Shown: positions 32,982-43,406, numbered from the stretch's first letter. The stretch is 64,000 nt of DNA from an uncultured Arcobacter sp. (GCA_965140705.1 OZ223300.1:544001-608000), one strand, 5' to 3'. The notes: a model not told the origin generated them from the letters alone. Program-made: numbers and translations.

Positions 32982-33881
32982 TTATTCGTTTAATAGTTTT
33001 TCTAAATTTATTCCATTATTAGGATTATCTTTTCTTACAAATTGTGTACCAATTCCATCACTTGTAAATAGCTCAAGAATAATTGAGTGCTCAACTCTTC
33101 CATCTATTATGTGAGCTTTATTTACTCCATTGTAAATAGCGTCTATACAAGAGTCAACTTTTGGAATCATACCACCTGCTATTGTTCCATCTTTTTTATA
33201 AGACTCTACATCTGATTTATCTAGTGAGTTTAATAGATTTTTATCTTTATCTAGTACTCCTACGATATCTGTTAAAAATAGAACTTTTTGTGCTCCAAGT
33301 GCGATAGCTATTTTACTAGCTGCTACATCTGCATTTATATTAAATCCAGGATGTCCAGGCTCTTTTGCATCAGCAATTGGTGCAATAACTGGAACAAATC
33401 CTTCATTTATAAGATTTGTAATCATTTTTCCATTGATTTGAGTAATAACACCTGTATATCCAAACTTTCCACCGTCTTTTGCTTGGGCTTGTATAATAGA
33501 TGAATCTTTTCCAGAAATACCTATGGCTTTTGCACCATGGTAGTTTAATAGTGAAGTTATATTTTTATTTATTTCTCCACTTAAAACCATTTCCACAACT
33601 CTCATACTATCACCACAAGTTACCCTATGTCCATCAATAAATTCAGAGTGAATTTCAAGTTTTTTCAATAATTCAGAAATTCTAGCTCCTCCACCATGTA
33701 CGATTACAGGTTTGATTCCTACAAGTGAAAGTAAGGCAATATCTTGGGCAAATTTTTCTTGTAAAGCAGGGGAAGTTTGTGCACTTCCACCATATTTGAT
33801 AACAATTATTTTCCCATAAAATTTTTTGATATAAGGAATGGCATCAAGTAGTGTTTCTACAGTTGTATTTTTTATTTGCAT
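32982..33881 (-). CDS. argB: Acetylglutamate kinase
   Basis: IKYGG, VHGGG, NINAD, GGMIPK, DGRVEH. Confidence 0.97.
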   Translation of the reverse strand: MQIKNTTVETLLDAIPYIKKFYGKIIVIKYGGSAQTSPALQEKFAQDIALLSLVGIKPVIVHGGGARISELLKKLEIHSEFIDGHRVTCGDSMRVVEMVLSGEINKNITSLLNYHGAKAIGISGKDSSIIQAQAKDGGKFGYTGVITQINGKMITNLINEGFVPVIAPIADAKEPGHPGFNINADVAASKIAIALGAQKVLFLTDIVGVLDKDKNLLNSLDKSDVESYKKDGTIAGGMIPKVDSCIDAIYNGVNKAHIIDGRVEHSIILELFTSDGIGTQFVRKDNPNNGINLEKLLNE

Positions 33882-33976
33882 AATTTTAAAACCTTGTTAA
33901 AAAGTGAGGCATTATACAACAACTTTTCTTTTTGTAATATAATGCAATATTTGGTAGATTTTTAGTATCATTTTTT

Positions 33977-36712
33977 ATGAAAAATTATTTGGCATTAAAA
34001 GCTAGTGCGGGAAGTGGAAAAACCTTTGCATTAACTGTAAGATACATTTCGTTGTTATTAAAAGGGGCTAGTCCTACAGAAATCTTGGCTTTAACTTTTA
34101 CTAATAAAGCTGCAAAAGAGATGAGTGAAAGAATCTTTAAGACTTTGAAGAGTTTGGGTGAAGATAAGATTTATCTTGAACAAATTTCAAATGTATCAGA
34201 ATTATCAGTTGAGCAAATATTAAATAAAAAAGATTATCTTATAAACTTATATTTAAATTCCGAACTCTCTATTTATACAATTGATAAATTTGTAAATAAA
34301 ATTTTAAGGGAATTTAGTGGATATATAGGTGTTGATGATGATTTCTCAATTAAGCAAGATAATATAGAAAATCTTGAATATAAATTCTTACAATCACTAA
34401 ATTTAGAAAATTTTGATAAATTGATTAACTTCTCATATTATGAAGCTAAAAAGTTTAACTCTATATTTGATATTTTTTTAAATTTAAATGAAAAGAATGA
34501 AGATTTTAAAATAGTTCCAATAGAAGAAAATCTAATAAATTTACAAAAGAACTTAGCTTTAGAAATTGCATTTAAATTAAAAAAATATATTCAAAACTGT
34601 CCAAGTGCTTCGAATGCTGCTTTAAAATCTGTTGATTTTGATAACTTCGAAGAGTTATTACTTAAAGGGAAAACTTGGCTTACAAAAGATGTATCAACTG
34701 ATTCAAGGGATTTTAAAAAGTGTTCTAATGAAGAGTTTGAACAGAACTTCCAAGAACTAAAAATACAAATAAGTAATTATTATAAATTAAGATCTTCTTA
34801 TTCCCTTAGCTCTTTATATGAGTTATACAAGTTGTTTAAGGATTTTAAAAAGAGTTATAATAAAAATAAAAACTATTTCACTTTTAATGATATCTCAAAT
34901 TATGTATATGAACTACTCTCAAGTAAAATTGATAAAGACTTTTTATACTTTAGACTAGATAGTAAATATAATCATATTTTAATAGATGAGTTCCAAGATA
35001 CTTCACTTTTACAATATAAAATTTTAGAACCACTTATAGAAGAAGCACTTTCAGGTAATAGTGAAAAGTTCAAGTCATTTTTTTATGTGGGTGATATTAA
35101 ACAATCAATTTATAGATTTAGGGGTGGAAAGAGGGAACTTTTTGATTTTGTAAGTAAAAAACACAATCAAATAGAAACTGAAATTTTAAATACAAACTTT
35201 AGAAGTGCTAAAAACATAGTTGAGTTTGTAAATAGGGCATTTATAAATTTAAATAATTATGAATACTATGAACAATTAAGTAATATTGAAAATGGTTATG
35301 TGGAAGTAATAAGTGATGATAAGCTAAAAGAAGAGGAAAAATATCAAACAATAGCAAGTACAATTGCTAAACTTATTAGAAAAAATATTGATCCAAATTC
35401 AATTGCTATTTTAACATATACAAATGATGATGTTCTGGAACTTTATTCATACTTAAGTAAGATGTTTCCAACACTTAAAATCTCTACAGAGATGACTTCA
35501 AAACTTATTAATCAAGAGAATGTAAAAGCTTGTATAAATGCTATAAAATATCTTTATTATAAAGAAAATATTTATAAAGAGAATTTAAATGCAATAATTG
35601 GAAATGCTCCAAATATAAAATTAGATTTTGATTTTAATTTAGAAGAAAACAGGGTATTTGAACTTGTTTTAAAAGTGGCAAAATATTTTAATATCTTAGA
35701 TGACAATGTAATAAAATTTGTTGAAGAATCAAAAAACTTCACTGATATTGTTGATTTTGTTTATGAAGTTGATTTAATGGAAACTCCAATTGAAAATAAA
35801 GAACAAATTGGTTTACAAATTTTGACTATCTTTAAATCAAAAGGTTTGGAATTTGATACTGTAATTTTACTTGATAGAATTAAAAATAAAAATGCCGATA
35901 GAAGTTCATTATTGTTTGAATATAGTGGAGTTTATTTGGAAAATGTATATTATAAAATTTCAAATCTAGAAAACTTTGATGAAAATTATAAACGTGCATT
36001 AAATAAAGAAAAAGCACTGCAAGCAGAAGATGAGATAAATATTTTATATGTGGCTTTAACAAGGGCAAAAAGTAATTTGTTTATTTTCAAAAAAGAGGAA
36101 AAATCTGTTTTTGATTTACTTGGATTAAAGTCTTGTAAGATAGGTGAGTTAGTTATAAATGAATTTACAAAAGATTCTAATGAAAAAATAGAAAAAGTAG
36201 AGTATAAACCTTTGAGTTTAGGAAGACAAACAAATAAATCTGTAAAAAATTATGAAGAAGATTTTGAATTAAAAGCAAGATATTTTGGAATAGCAACACA
36301 TTATTGTTTAGAGATGATGAATGATTTTACAATTGAACAATTAGAATACTCTTTAAATCTCACTAAAAGTAGATATTCTGTCTATTTAAAGGATAAAGAG
36401 TTTGATGATATAAAACAAAGGATATCCTTATTAATTCAAAATGAAGAGTTTAATAGCTTTTTAGACGATGCAAATTTTTTAAGGGAACAATCTTTGATTT
36501 ATAATGGAGAAATTAAAATAATAGATTTGCTGATAGAGAAAGAAAATAAGTATTATATTTTTGATTATAAGACAACAGTTCAAGAAAATAAAGAGCATGA
36601 AAAACAAGTTTTATTTTATAAAAAAGCAATAAAAGAGATAAGTAACAGTGATGAGGTGTATGCTTATTTAGTATATTTAGGAAATGAAAAAGCTTATTTA
36701 AAGGCTATTTAA
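33977..36712 (+). CDS. addA: AddA/RecB-like ATP-dependent helicase-nuclease
   Basis: ASAGSGKT, TFTNKAA, DEFQDT, GDIKQSIYRFRG, YVALTRAK; C-terminal IDLL...DYKT nuclease. Confidence 0.88.
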   Translation: MKNYLALKASAGSGKTFALTVRYISLLLKGASPTEILALTFTNKAAKEMSERIFKTLKSLGEDKIYLEQISNVSELSVEQILNKKDYLINLYLNSELSIYTIDKFVNKILREFSGYIGVDDDFSIKQDNIENLEYKFLQSLNLENFDKLINFSYYEAKKFNSIFDIFLNLNEKNEDFKIVPIEENLINLQKNLALEIAFKLKKYIQNCPSASNAALKSVDFDNFEELLLKGKTWLTKDVSTDSRDFKKCSNEEFEQNFQELKIQISNYYKLRSSYSLSSLYELYKLFKDFKKSYNKNKNYFTFNDISNYVYELLSSKIDKDFLYFRLDSKYNHILIDEFQDTSLLQYKILEPLIEEALSGNSEKFKSFFYVGDIKQSIYRFRGGKRELFDFVSKKHNQIETEILNTNFRSAKNIVEFVNRAFINLNNYEYYEQLSNIENGYVEVISDDKLKEEEKYQTIASTIAKLIRKNIDPNSIAILTYTNDDVLELYSYLSKMFPTLKISTEMTSKLINQENVKACINAIKYLYYKENIYKENLNAIIGNAPNIKLDFDFNLEENRVFELVLKVAKYFNILDDNVIKFVEESKNFTDIVDFVYEVDLMETPIENKEQIGLQILTIFKSKGLEFDTVILLDRIKNKNADRSSLLFEYSGVYLENVYYKISNLENFDENYKRALNKEKALQAEDEINILYVALTRAKSNLFIFKKEEKSVFDLLGLKSCKIGELVINEFTKDSNEKIEKVEYKPLSLGRQTNKSVKNYEEDFELKARYFGIATHYCLEMMNDFTIEQLEYSLNLTKSRYSVYLKDKEFDDIKQRISLLIQNEEFNSFLDDANFLREQSLIYNGEIKIIDLLIEKENKYYIFDYKTTVQENKEHEKQVLFYKKAIKEISNSDEVYAYLVYLGNEKAYLKAI

Positions 36713-37268
36713 TAAAGTATCTAATTGAGGCGAAACCAAAAACTTGGCAATCTTGTATTTGTTTTATTTGTGAGTCATCAATAATACCACCAAGTGCTAT
36801 TATTTTTATCTTATATTTTTTTTGCATATCTTCTAATACTTTAACTCCCTTTGCTTCTCCTTTATTTGGGGTATAAAAAATAGGAGAGTAAGTTATGGCA
36901 TCTGCTTTTTCTTCTATAGCTTTTTTTATATCTTTTTCATTGTGACAAGATATTATTGTGTATAGCTTTTTCTCTTTTGCAATTTTGATTTTATCAAATT
37001 GTTGTGAAGTGAGGTGAATGCCACAATTTAGATTTATTGCTAATTCTAGATTTTTATTTAAAATGATTTGTTTTATGTTGAACTTTTTACAAGTATTTAT
37101 GAATATATTTGCTAACTCTTCATAATTTGATGATTTCTTATCTCTAAAACATGCCATATCAACTCTTTTATTGGTTAATACATCTTCTAGTTTTTCTTTA
37201 AATATATTTTTATCACTTGTATAATATTTGGGGTCAGTAATAAGATAATAATTAAAAGTTTGATTCAT
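36705..37268 (-). CDS. Thiamine-phosphate synthase/TenI-like TIM barrel protein (start moved to ATG 37268)
   Basis: YLITD, GIHLT, SCHN, SPIFYTPNK, IALGGI. Confidence 0.8.
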   Translation of the reverse strand: MNQTFNYYLITDPKYYTSDKNIFKEKLEDVLTNKRVDMACFRDKKSSNYEELANIFINTCKKFNIKQIILNKNLELAINLNCGIHLTSQQFDKIKIAKEKKLYTIISCHNEKDIKKAIEEKADAITYSPIFYTPNKGEAKGVKVLEDMQKKYKIKIIALGGIIDDSQIKQIQDCQVFGFASIRYFIK

Positions 37269-37290
37269 CTTTAGCCTAGATATTGGATAT

Positions 37291-37324
37291 AAAAAAAGGG
37301 AAGACAAGAAGTCTTCCCTTTTTT
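37291..37324 (-). terminator. Terminator of atpB
   Basis: AAAAAAGGGAAGAC-aagaa-GTCTTCCCTTTTTT. Confidence 0.85.
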
Positions 37325-37377
37325 AAGAGTCCTTTATTAATGATTCTCAGATCATTAAAAGTGACGTTAGTCACTTA

Positions 37378-38064
37378 TTAATGGTCTTCGTGCTCCATCA
37401 TGATAGAACCTGCGATATATACGTAAGTTAAAATCATGAAAATAAACGCTTGTAAAAATGCAAACGCTGTTAATAGGAAAAATCCTGGAAGTGGTAATAA
37501 CCAAGGTACTAACATTAAAAGTACCATAAGGAACATATCATCCCCTCTAATTGAACCAAAAAGTCTGAATGATAATGAAATAATTCTTGATAAATGAGAA
37601 ATAATTTCAATAGGGAACATTAATGGTGCTAAAATAGGCATAGGTCCCATGAAGTGAGCAAAGTAACCTATAAAACCATTTTTCTTAATACCTAAGTAGT
37701 TGTAGTAAATGAATACAATTAATGCCAATGCTAATGTAAAGTTAATATTACTAGTAGTAGATTCAAAACCTGGAACTACTCCCATTAAGTTTGCAACAAG
37801 AACAACTAGACCTAATGAACCAATTAATGGTAAATATCTTCTAGCATTTTCTTCTCCCATAGTATCTGCACCCATAGATACAACACCACCAATATATGCT
37901 TCCATTACATTTTGTGCACCAGTTGGAACTAGTTGCATCTTTCTTGTTGCAGCTCTTGCAACTAAAAATATAATCGCAATTACTAAAATATAATGCGACA
38001 GGATAATCCATTCTTGACTATGACCACCAATAGCCCCTAAGAATGTAAATAATCTTCCTTCCAT
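37378..38064 (-). CDS. atpB: F0F1 ATP synthase subunit a
   Basis: SRIISLSFRLFG; LQAFIFMILTYVY. Confidence 0.97.
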   Translation of the reverse strand: MEGRLFTFLGAIGGHSQEWIILSHYILVIAIIFLVARAATRKMQLVPTGAQNVMEAYIGGVVSMGADTMGEENARRYLPLIGSLGLVVLVANLMGVVPGFESTTSNINFTLALALIVFIYYNYLGIKKNGFIGYFAHFMGPMPILAPLMFPIEIISHLSRIISLSFRLFGSIRGDDMFLMVLLMLVPWLLPLPGFFLLTAFAFLQAFIFMILTYVYIAGSIMMEHEDH

Positions 38065-38156
38065 TTTCTTCCTTCTATGTGATTTTCTTCTATTTAATTA
38101 TGGTGCCTATTATATACTGAAATTTCTAAATTTTTTATAAATAGAATAAAAAATAA

Positions 38157-39362
38157 TCAGATTTGTTTAAATCTGTAACCATTTTGTTTCAAATTTTCTC
38201 TTATTACTTTTTGGTGTTCTTCACCTTTTGTTTCTAATGAAACAGTAAGATAAGCCTCACCAAACTCCAGTTTTATCGAACTTCTATCGTAATCTATTTG
38301 GACAATATTTGCATCGCTTGATTGAAAAATTGATGTTAAATGCATCAAAGAACCTGGTTTATCTATAAGTGTTACCATAAGATTCATTTTTCTATAAGAT
38401 TTTACTAAACCTTTTTCAATAATTTGAGATAACATAGTTACATCAATATTTCCACCACTAATAATTGCACAAACTTTAGAGTTTTCTACATCTATTTTAT
38501 TATGCATAAGTGCTGCGACTGAAACTGCACCTGCACCTTCAACTACAAGTTTGTGTTTTTCAAGTAAAAATAAAATAGCATTTGCTATTTCATGTTCTTC
38601 CACTTCTACAACTTCATCAACATATTCTAAAGCATAATCAAGTAGTTTTGGTGTTACAACTTTTACTGCAATTCCATCTGCTATAGTTTTTACAGATGTT
38701 GAATCAATAGGTAATCTCGCTTCAAAAGAGTCTTTCATACCTCTTGCACCACTTGCAACAACACCTATAATTTTTATATTAGGATTTATTGATTTTGCAG
38801 CAACCGCAGCTCCTGCAATCAATCCTCCACCCCCAATTGGAATTACTAATACTTCTAAATCTTCAATTTGTTCAATAATTTCTAATCCAATAGTTCCTTG
38901 TCCTGCAATCACTTTATCATCAGCAAAAGCATGAATAAATGTTTTACTATTTTCTTCACAAAATTTAATTGCAGCTGCATAGGCTTCATCATAGTTTTGT
39001 CCAGTTAAAACAACATTTGCACCATATTGTTTAACACCACTTACTTTTGTAAGGGGTGTAGCTTCAGGCATAAATATAGTTGCATCACATCCAAAATAGT
39101 TTCCTGCATAAGCAATACCTTGAGCATGATTTCCAGCACTTGCGGCTACTATTCCTATATTTCTAGTCTTCTCATCTAATGATGCAACTTTATTAAAAGC
39201 ACCTCTTATTTTGAAACTTCCTGTTAATTGAAGGTTCTCTTTTTTTAGAAATACATTACTATCAAGTTCTTCACTTAAAAATGGTGCATAAGTAAGGGGC
39301 GTTTTTAGTATGATTCCTTCTAGTTTTGTTTTTGCTTCTTGTATATCTTTTAATGTAATCAT
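38157..39362 (-). CDS. ilvA: Threonine ammonia-lyase with C-terminal ACT domain
   Basis: ENLQLTGSFKIRGA, SAGNHAQG, IGGGGL, SGGNID. Confidence 0.93.
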   Translation of the reverse strand: MITLKDIQEAKTKLEGIILKTPLTYAPFLSEELDSNVFLKKENLQLTGSFKIRGAFNKVASLDEKTRNIGIVAASAGNHAQGIAYAGNYFGCDATIFMPEATPLTKVSGVKQYGANVVLTGQNYDEAYAAAIKFCEENSKTFIHAFADDKVIAGQGTIGLEIIEQIEDLEVLVIPIGGGGLIAGAAVAAKSINPNIKIIGVVASGARGMKDSFEARLPIDSTSVKTIADGIAVKVVTPKLLDYALEYVDEVVEVEEHEIANAILFLLEKHKLVVEGAGAVSVAALMHNKIDVENSKVCAIISGGNIDVTMLSQIIEKGLVKSYRKMNLMVTLIDKPGSLMHLTSIFQSSDANIVQIDYDRSSIKLEFGEAYLTVSLETKGEEHQKVIRENLKQNGYRFKQI

Positions 39363-39444
39363 TTTAGTGTCTTTTTATATTTTTTGTTTGAAATGTTATC
39401 TAAAAATAGTTTTTAATATGTTTATCCAAATAAAAACTATTTTT

Positions 39445-39470
39445 AAATAAGGGGATTTTACCCCTTATTT
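39445..39470 (-). terminator. Hairpin at the metE stop
   Basis: AAATAAGGGG-atttta-CCCCTTATTT. Confidence 0.65.
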
Positions 39471-41744
39471 ATTCTCGTTTTTTACGATTTCTACTGCTTT
39501 TACCATATTTTTTAAACTTGGAATCACTTCTTCCCATTTTCTAGTTTTTAAACCACAATCTGGATTAATCCAAAGTTGTTCTTTGGGTAAAACTTCTAAC
39601 AGTGCTTTAATCTGTTTTACAATCTCTTCAACACTTGGAATTCTCGGGCTATGTATATCATAAACACCAGGTCCTACTTCTTGCTTATAACCATGTTTTT
39701 TAAATATTTTTAAAAGTTCATTTCCACTTCTAGCTGTCTCTATTGAAATAACATCTGCATCCATGTTTTCTATTGTTTCAATAATATCATTAAATTCACT
39801 ATAACACATATGTGTATGAATTTGAGTCTCTTTTTTTGCACTACTTACACAAATTTTGAAATCTCTAACTGACCAATCTTCATAAGTTTTAATTTTCTCT
39901 TTTCTTAGTGGATATCCTTCTTTAAATGCAGCTTCATCTACTTGAATTATTTTAATACCTGCATTTTGTAGATCATTTACTTCATCACTTAGTGCAATTG
40001 CTATTTGTTTTGATACTTCATCTCTTGGTTTATCATCCCTTACAAATGACCAGTTAAGTATAGTAACTGGACCTGTTAACATTCCTTTCATGATTTTTTT
40101 TGTTTTACTTTGAGCATAAGTAATCCAATCAACTGTCATAGGCTTTGGTCTAGATATATCTCCATATATAAAAGGAGGTTTTACACATCTACTTCCATAA
40201 CTTTGTACCCATCCATTTAAAGTAAAGCCATAACCTTTTAGTTGTTCACCAAAATATTCAACCATGTCATTTCGTTCAGGTTCTCCATGAACTAATACAT
40301 CTAAATTACACTCTTCTTGGAAAGTTATGCACTCATCAATATAAGTTTTCATAGATTTTGTATACTCTTCTTTTGTGATTTTATTTGTTTTATAATCACT
40401 TCTTGATTTTCTTATTTCACTTGTTTGTGGAAAAGAACCAATAGTTGTTGTAACAAGAGAATCATATTTTAAAGCCTCTTTTTGTATCTTAATTCTCTCT
40501 TCATACTTTCCTTCTCTATTAAATGTCTTAAAGTTTTCAACTCTATTTTGTACTTCTTTATCATGTATTAAAGGAGAAGTTTTTCTACTTTTGTTTGAAT
40601 CTTTGTTTTTATTTAACTCTTCAAGTTCTTTCTCATCTAGATTTTCAATACCTTTATAAAAAACTTTTGAAAGAAGTGATACTTCTTCAAGTTTTTCGCA
40701 AGCGAAACTCAACCAATTTTTAATTTCTTTATCAAGCTTATCTTCATATTTTAATGTAAATGGAGTGTGTAATAAGGAACAAGATGAGGAGATGATAATT
40801 TTATCTTTCTCAACTTTTTGAGAAATCTTTGACAATAAATCTAAAGATTTTTCAAAGTCATTTTTCCATATATTTCTTCCATCAACTACTCCTGCAATTA
40901 GATTTTTATCACTATTCGCAATAAGTTCTAAAGAGTCTAAATTCTCATCTCCGTATAAAAAGTCAAGTCCTAATCCCCATATTGGAGTATTAACTAAGAT
41001 TTTTGTTGCTTCATTTGAGTGTTCGAAATATGTAGTAACTATTAGTTTTATATTGTTTGTTGTAAGAGATAGTGCATCATATGTTGGTTTTATAAGACTT
41101 AAAATTTTTGCATCATTATCTTTTACAAAGATTGGTTCATCTATTTGGATAGTTACAACTTCATTAAGTTTTGATAATTCATAAAATAGCTCTATGTAAA
41201 TTGGTAATATTTTGTGTAACAATTCAAAAGTATCACCCCTATCAATTCTTTTTGATAAAGCCAAAAATGTAATAGGCCCAATAAGGTTTATTTTGGTTTT
41301 TATTCCTAATCTTTTTGCTTCATTATATTCATTGATTATCTTTGAAGCATTAAGTTTATACTCATCTTCTAAACTAAGTTCTGGAACTATATAGTGATAA
41401 TTTGTATTAAACCATTTTGTCATCTCCATAGCAACTGAAGATTTATTTCCCCTAGCCATTGCAAAATATAGCTCTTCACCTCTTAAGTCATTAAATCTCT
41501 TTGGAATAGCATTTAACATAATTGCTGTATCCAAAACATTGTCATAAAGACTGAAGTCATTTGAACTTATATATGAAATACCAGCTTCTTTTTGATAGTT
41601 CCAATGTCTTTTTTTAAGTTCATTCGCAACTTTTTGTACTTCACCAAATGAGCAGTTTTTTGCCCAATAACTCTCCAATACTTTTTTTAGCTCTCTTTGT
41701 TCTCCAATTCTTGGAAAACCTACGATATATGTGCTTTCTAGCAT
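39465..41744 (-). CDS. metE: Cobalamin-independent methionine synthase
   Basis: GFPRIG, KWFNTNYHY, HGEPERNDMV, HTHMCYSE, NPDCGLKTR. Confidence 0.99.
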   Translation of the reverse strand: MLESTYIVGFPRIGEQRELKKVLESYWAKNCSFGEVQKVANELKKRHWNYQKEAGISYISSNDFSLYDNVLDTAIMLNAIPKRFNDLRGEELYFAMARGNKSSVAMEMTKWFNTNYHYIVPELSLEDEYKLNASKIINEYNEAKRLGIKTKINLIGPITFLALSKRIDRGDTFELLHKILPIYIELFYELSKLNEVVTIQIDEPIFVKDNDAKILSLIKPTYDALSLTTNNIKLIVTTYFEHSNEATKILVNTPIWGLGLDFLYGDENLDSLELIANSDKNLIAGVVDGRNIWKNDFEKSLDLLSKISQKVEKDKIIISSSCSLLHTPFTLKYEDKLDKEIKNWLSFACEKLEEVSLLSKVFYKGIENLDEKELEELNKNKDSNKSRKTSPLIHDKEVQNRVENFKTFNREGKYEERIKIQKEALKYDSLVTTTIGSFPQTSEIRKSRSDYKTNKITKEEYTKSMKTYIDECITFQEECNLDVLVHGEPERNDMVEYFGEQLKGYGFTLNGWVQSYGSRCVKPPFIYGDISRPKPMTVDWITYAQSKTKKIMKGMLTGPVTILNWSFVRDDKPRDEVSKQIAIALSDEVNDLQNAGIKIIQVDEAAFKEGYPLRKEKIKTYEDWSVRDFKICVSSAKKETQIHTHMCYSEFNDIIETIENMDADVISIETARSGNELLKIFKKHGYKQEVGPGVYDIHSPRIPSVEEIVKQIKALLEVLPKEQLWINPDCGLKTRKWEEVIPSLKNMVKAVEIVKNENK

Positions 41745-41791
41745 TTTATTATCCTTAATATATTTTATGTTTTTGATTTTTTGTATGTTGA

Positions 41792-42139
41792 TTAAAGAGT
41801 AATAAGTGGTGGATGAACGCCAGTACGTCTAAAGGCAAAATGCGTTGAATAGTATGGACATCTTGGAATAAATTTAAAGTTTGAGATTGCTAGTTTTGTT
41901 TTTAATCTAAAGACACAATCACAATAACAAGGTTTTGAGTATGCAGCATAAGTTGCAGTGTTTAAAATGAGTTCTTCTAAAGGAGGGGACTCTTCTTCAT
42001 CTTCATCGCAAAGACTTGAGTAAATAAAAGCAGTTTTTTTAGATCGTACTTCATTGTCATTAAGTTTTTTTGCAGTTGAATATGCAGTGATTGCTGATAA
42101 TGAAAAGTAGTTTTTTCTAAAACCTTTTAAATGTCTCAA
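41792..42139 (-). CDS. Hypothetical leader protein upstream of metE; candidate arrest peptide
   Basis: TTG start with AAGGGA RBS; host-like codon usage; CYCDC and C-terminal RRTGVHPP; 47 nt before metE. Confidence 0.7.
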   Translation of the reverse strand: MRHLKGFRKNYFSLSAITAYSTAKKLNDNEVRSKKTAFIYSSLCDEDEEESPPLEELILNTATYAAYSKPCYCDCVFRLKTKLAISNFKFIPRCPYYSTHFAFRRTGVHPPLITL

Positions 42140-42263
42140 TTGTTTTTCCCTTTTAAAAAATAGAATATATGTTATTAAAGCTTAATTATAAATAAAAATT
42201 ATTATGCTAGACTTTCAAAAAAGAAAAGGGGTAACATACTTTTTAAAGTATGAAAATAATAAT

Positions 42264-42953
42264 TTGAAATTTATATTTGTAACACTGTTTCCAAATCTTA
42301 TTGAACCTTATTTTTATGATTCAATATTAAAAAGAGCAGTAGAGGATAACTTTATATCATATGAATTCTATAACCCAAGGGATTATACAGAAAATAAACA
42401 TAAAAAGACAGACAAACAAATGGTTGGTGGAGGAGCAGGGATGTTAATGACTCCCCAACCACTATTTGATTGTTTGGATGAAATCAAAATCAAAAATCCT
42501 GATGCTTATATTATTTTTCCATTAGCTGCTGCAAAACCTTTTAATCAAAAAGATGCAAAAAGATTAGCAAAGAAAAAAAATATAGTTATTGTAAGTGGAA
42601 GATATGAAGGAATTGATGAAAGAGTTATAGAAAAGTATGCAAATGAAGTATTTAGTATAGGAGAATATATACTAACTGGTGGAGAATTACCTTCATTGGT
42701 CATGGCAGATGCAATTTCTAGAAATGTTCAAGGTGTACTTGGAAATGCTGATTCTTTAGTAATGGAAAGTTATGAAAATAATCTTTTAGAAGCTCCATCT
42801 TTTACAAAACCTGAAAATTTCCAAAAATTAAGTATAGTTAAAGAATTTTTAAAGGGAAATCATAGTAAAATTGCCGACTTGAAAAATAATCTGGCTATTT
42901 GCAAAACAAAATATTATAGACCAGGTTTAATCACGAACAAAAAAATAAAATAG
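42264..42953 (+). CDS. trmD: tRNA (guanine-37-N1)-methyltransferase (start moved to TTG 42264)
   Basis: [32 protein letters not shown]. Confidence 0.96.
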   Translation: MKFIFVTLFPNLIEPYFYDSILKRAVEDNFISYEFYNPRDYTENKHKKTDKQMVGGGAGMLMTPQPLFDCLDEIKIKNPDAYIIFPLAAAKPFNQKDAKRLAKKKNIVIVSGRYEGIDERVIEKYANEVFSIGEYILTGGELPSLVMADAISRNVQGVLGNADSLVMESYENNLLEAPSFTKPENFQKLSIVKEFLKGNHSKIADLKNNLAICKTKYYRPGLITNKKIK

Positions 42954-42990
42954 AAGTGTGATACCCCGCAACTTGCAAATGCGGGCACTT
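42954..42990 (+). promoter_or_regulatory. GC-rich hairpin in the rplS leader (candidate L19 autoregulatory element)
   Basis: AAGTG...CCCGCA-acttgcaaa-TGCGGG-CACTT; no U-tract; ends 18 nt before the ATG. Confidence 0.45.
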
Positions 42991-43008
42991 TCACCAAAGG
43001 GAAATACA

Positions 43009-43365
43009 ATGAAAAATAGATACATTGCGAGCTTTGAAGCAGCGCAAATTGCAGAAAAAGAGATTCCTCAATTTAGAGCGGGTGATACTGTTAGACTTGG
43101 TATTGAAATTAAAGAGGGTGAGAAAAAAAGGGTTCAATCTTTCGAAGGTATTGTTATTGCAAGAAGTGCTGAAGGTGTAAGCGCTACTCTTACAGTAAGA
43201 AAAATCGGAGCTAACTCAGTTGGTGTTGAAAGAATTTTCCCATTATATTCAGAGTCAATTAAAACTTTTGAAGTAATAAGAAGAGGTAGAGTAAGAAGAG
43301 CTAAACTTCACTACTTAAGAGGATTAACTGGTAAAAAAGCTAGAATTAAAGAGCTTAAAAAGTAA
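43009..43365 (+). CDS. rplS: 50S ribosomal protein L19 (start moved to ATG 43009)
   Basis: [28 protein letters not shown]; follows trmD. Confidence 0.98.
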   Translation: MKNRYIASFEAAQIAEKEIPQFRAGDTVRLGIEIKEGEKKRVQSFEGIVIARSAEGVSATLTVRKIGANSVGVERIFPLYSESIKTFEVIRRGRVRRAKLHYLRGLTGKKARIKELKK

Positions 43366-43374
43366 TCTTTTATT

Positions 43375-43400
43375 AGTCGAAGTTTTTACTTCGACTTTTT
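43375..43400 (+). terminator. Terminator of trmD-rplS
   Basis: AGTCGAAGT-tttt-ACTTCGACT followed by T-run. Confidence 0.8.
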
Positions 43401-43406
43401 ATTCTT

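Noticed and set aside
33977..38064. addA without adjacent addB, and atpB apart from other atp genes (also short hisG without hisZ at 52603-53211)
   Set aside because: Dispersed arrangements are common in this phylum.
41792..42200. Cobalamin or SAM riboswitch upstream of metE
   Set aside because: No B12-box or S-box consensus recognised by eye; the region reads as a coding ORF with an RBS. An Rfam scan would be decisive.
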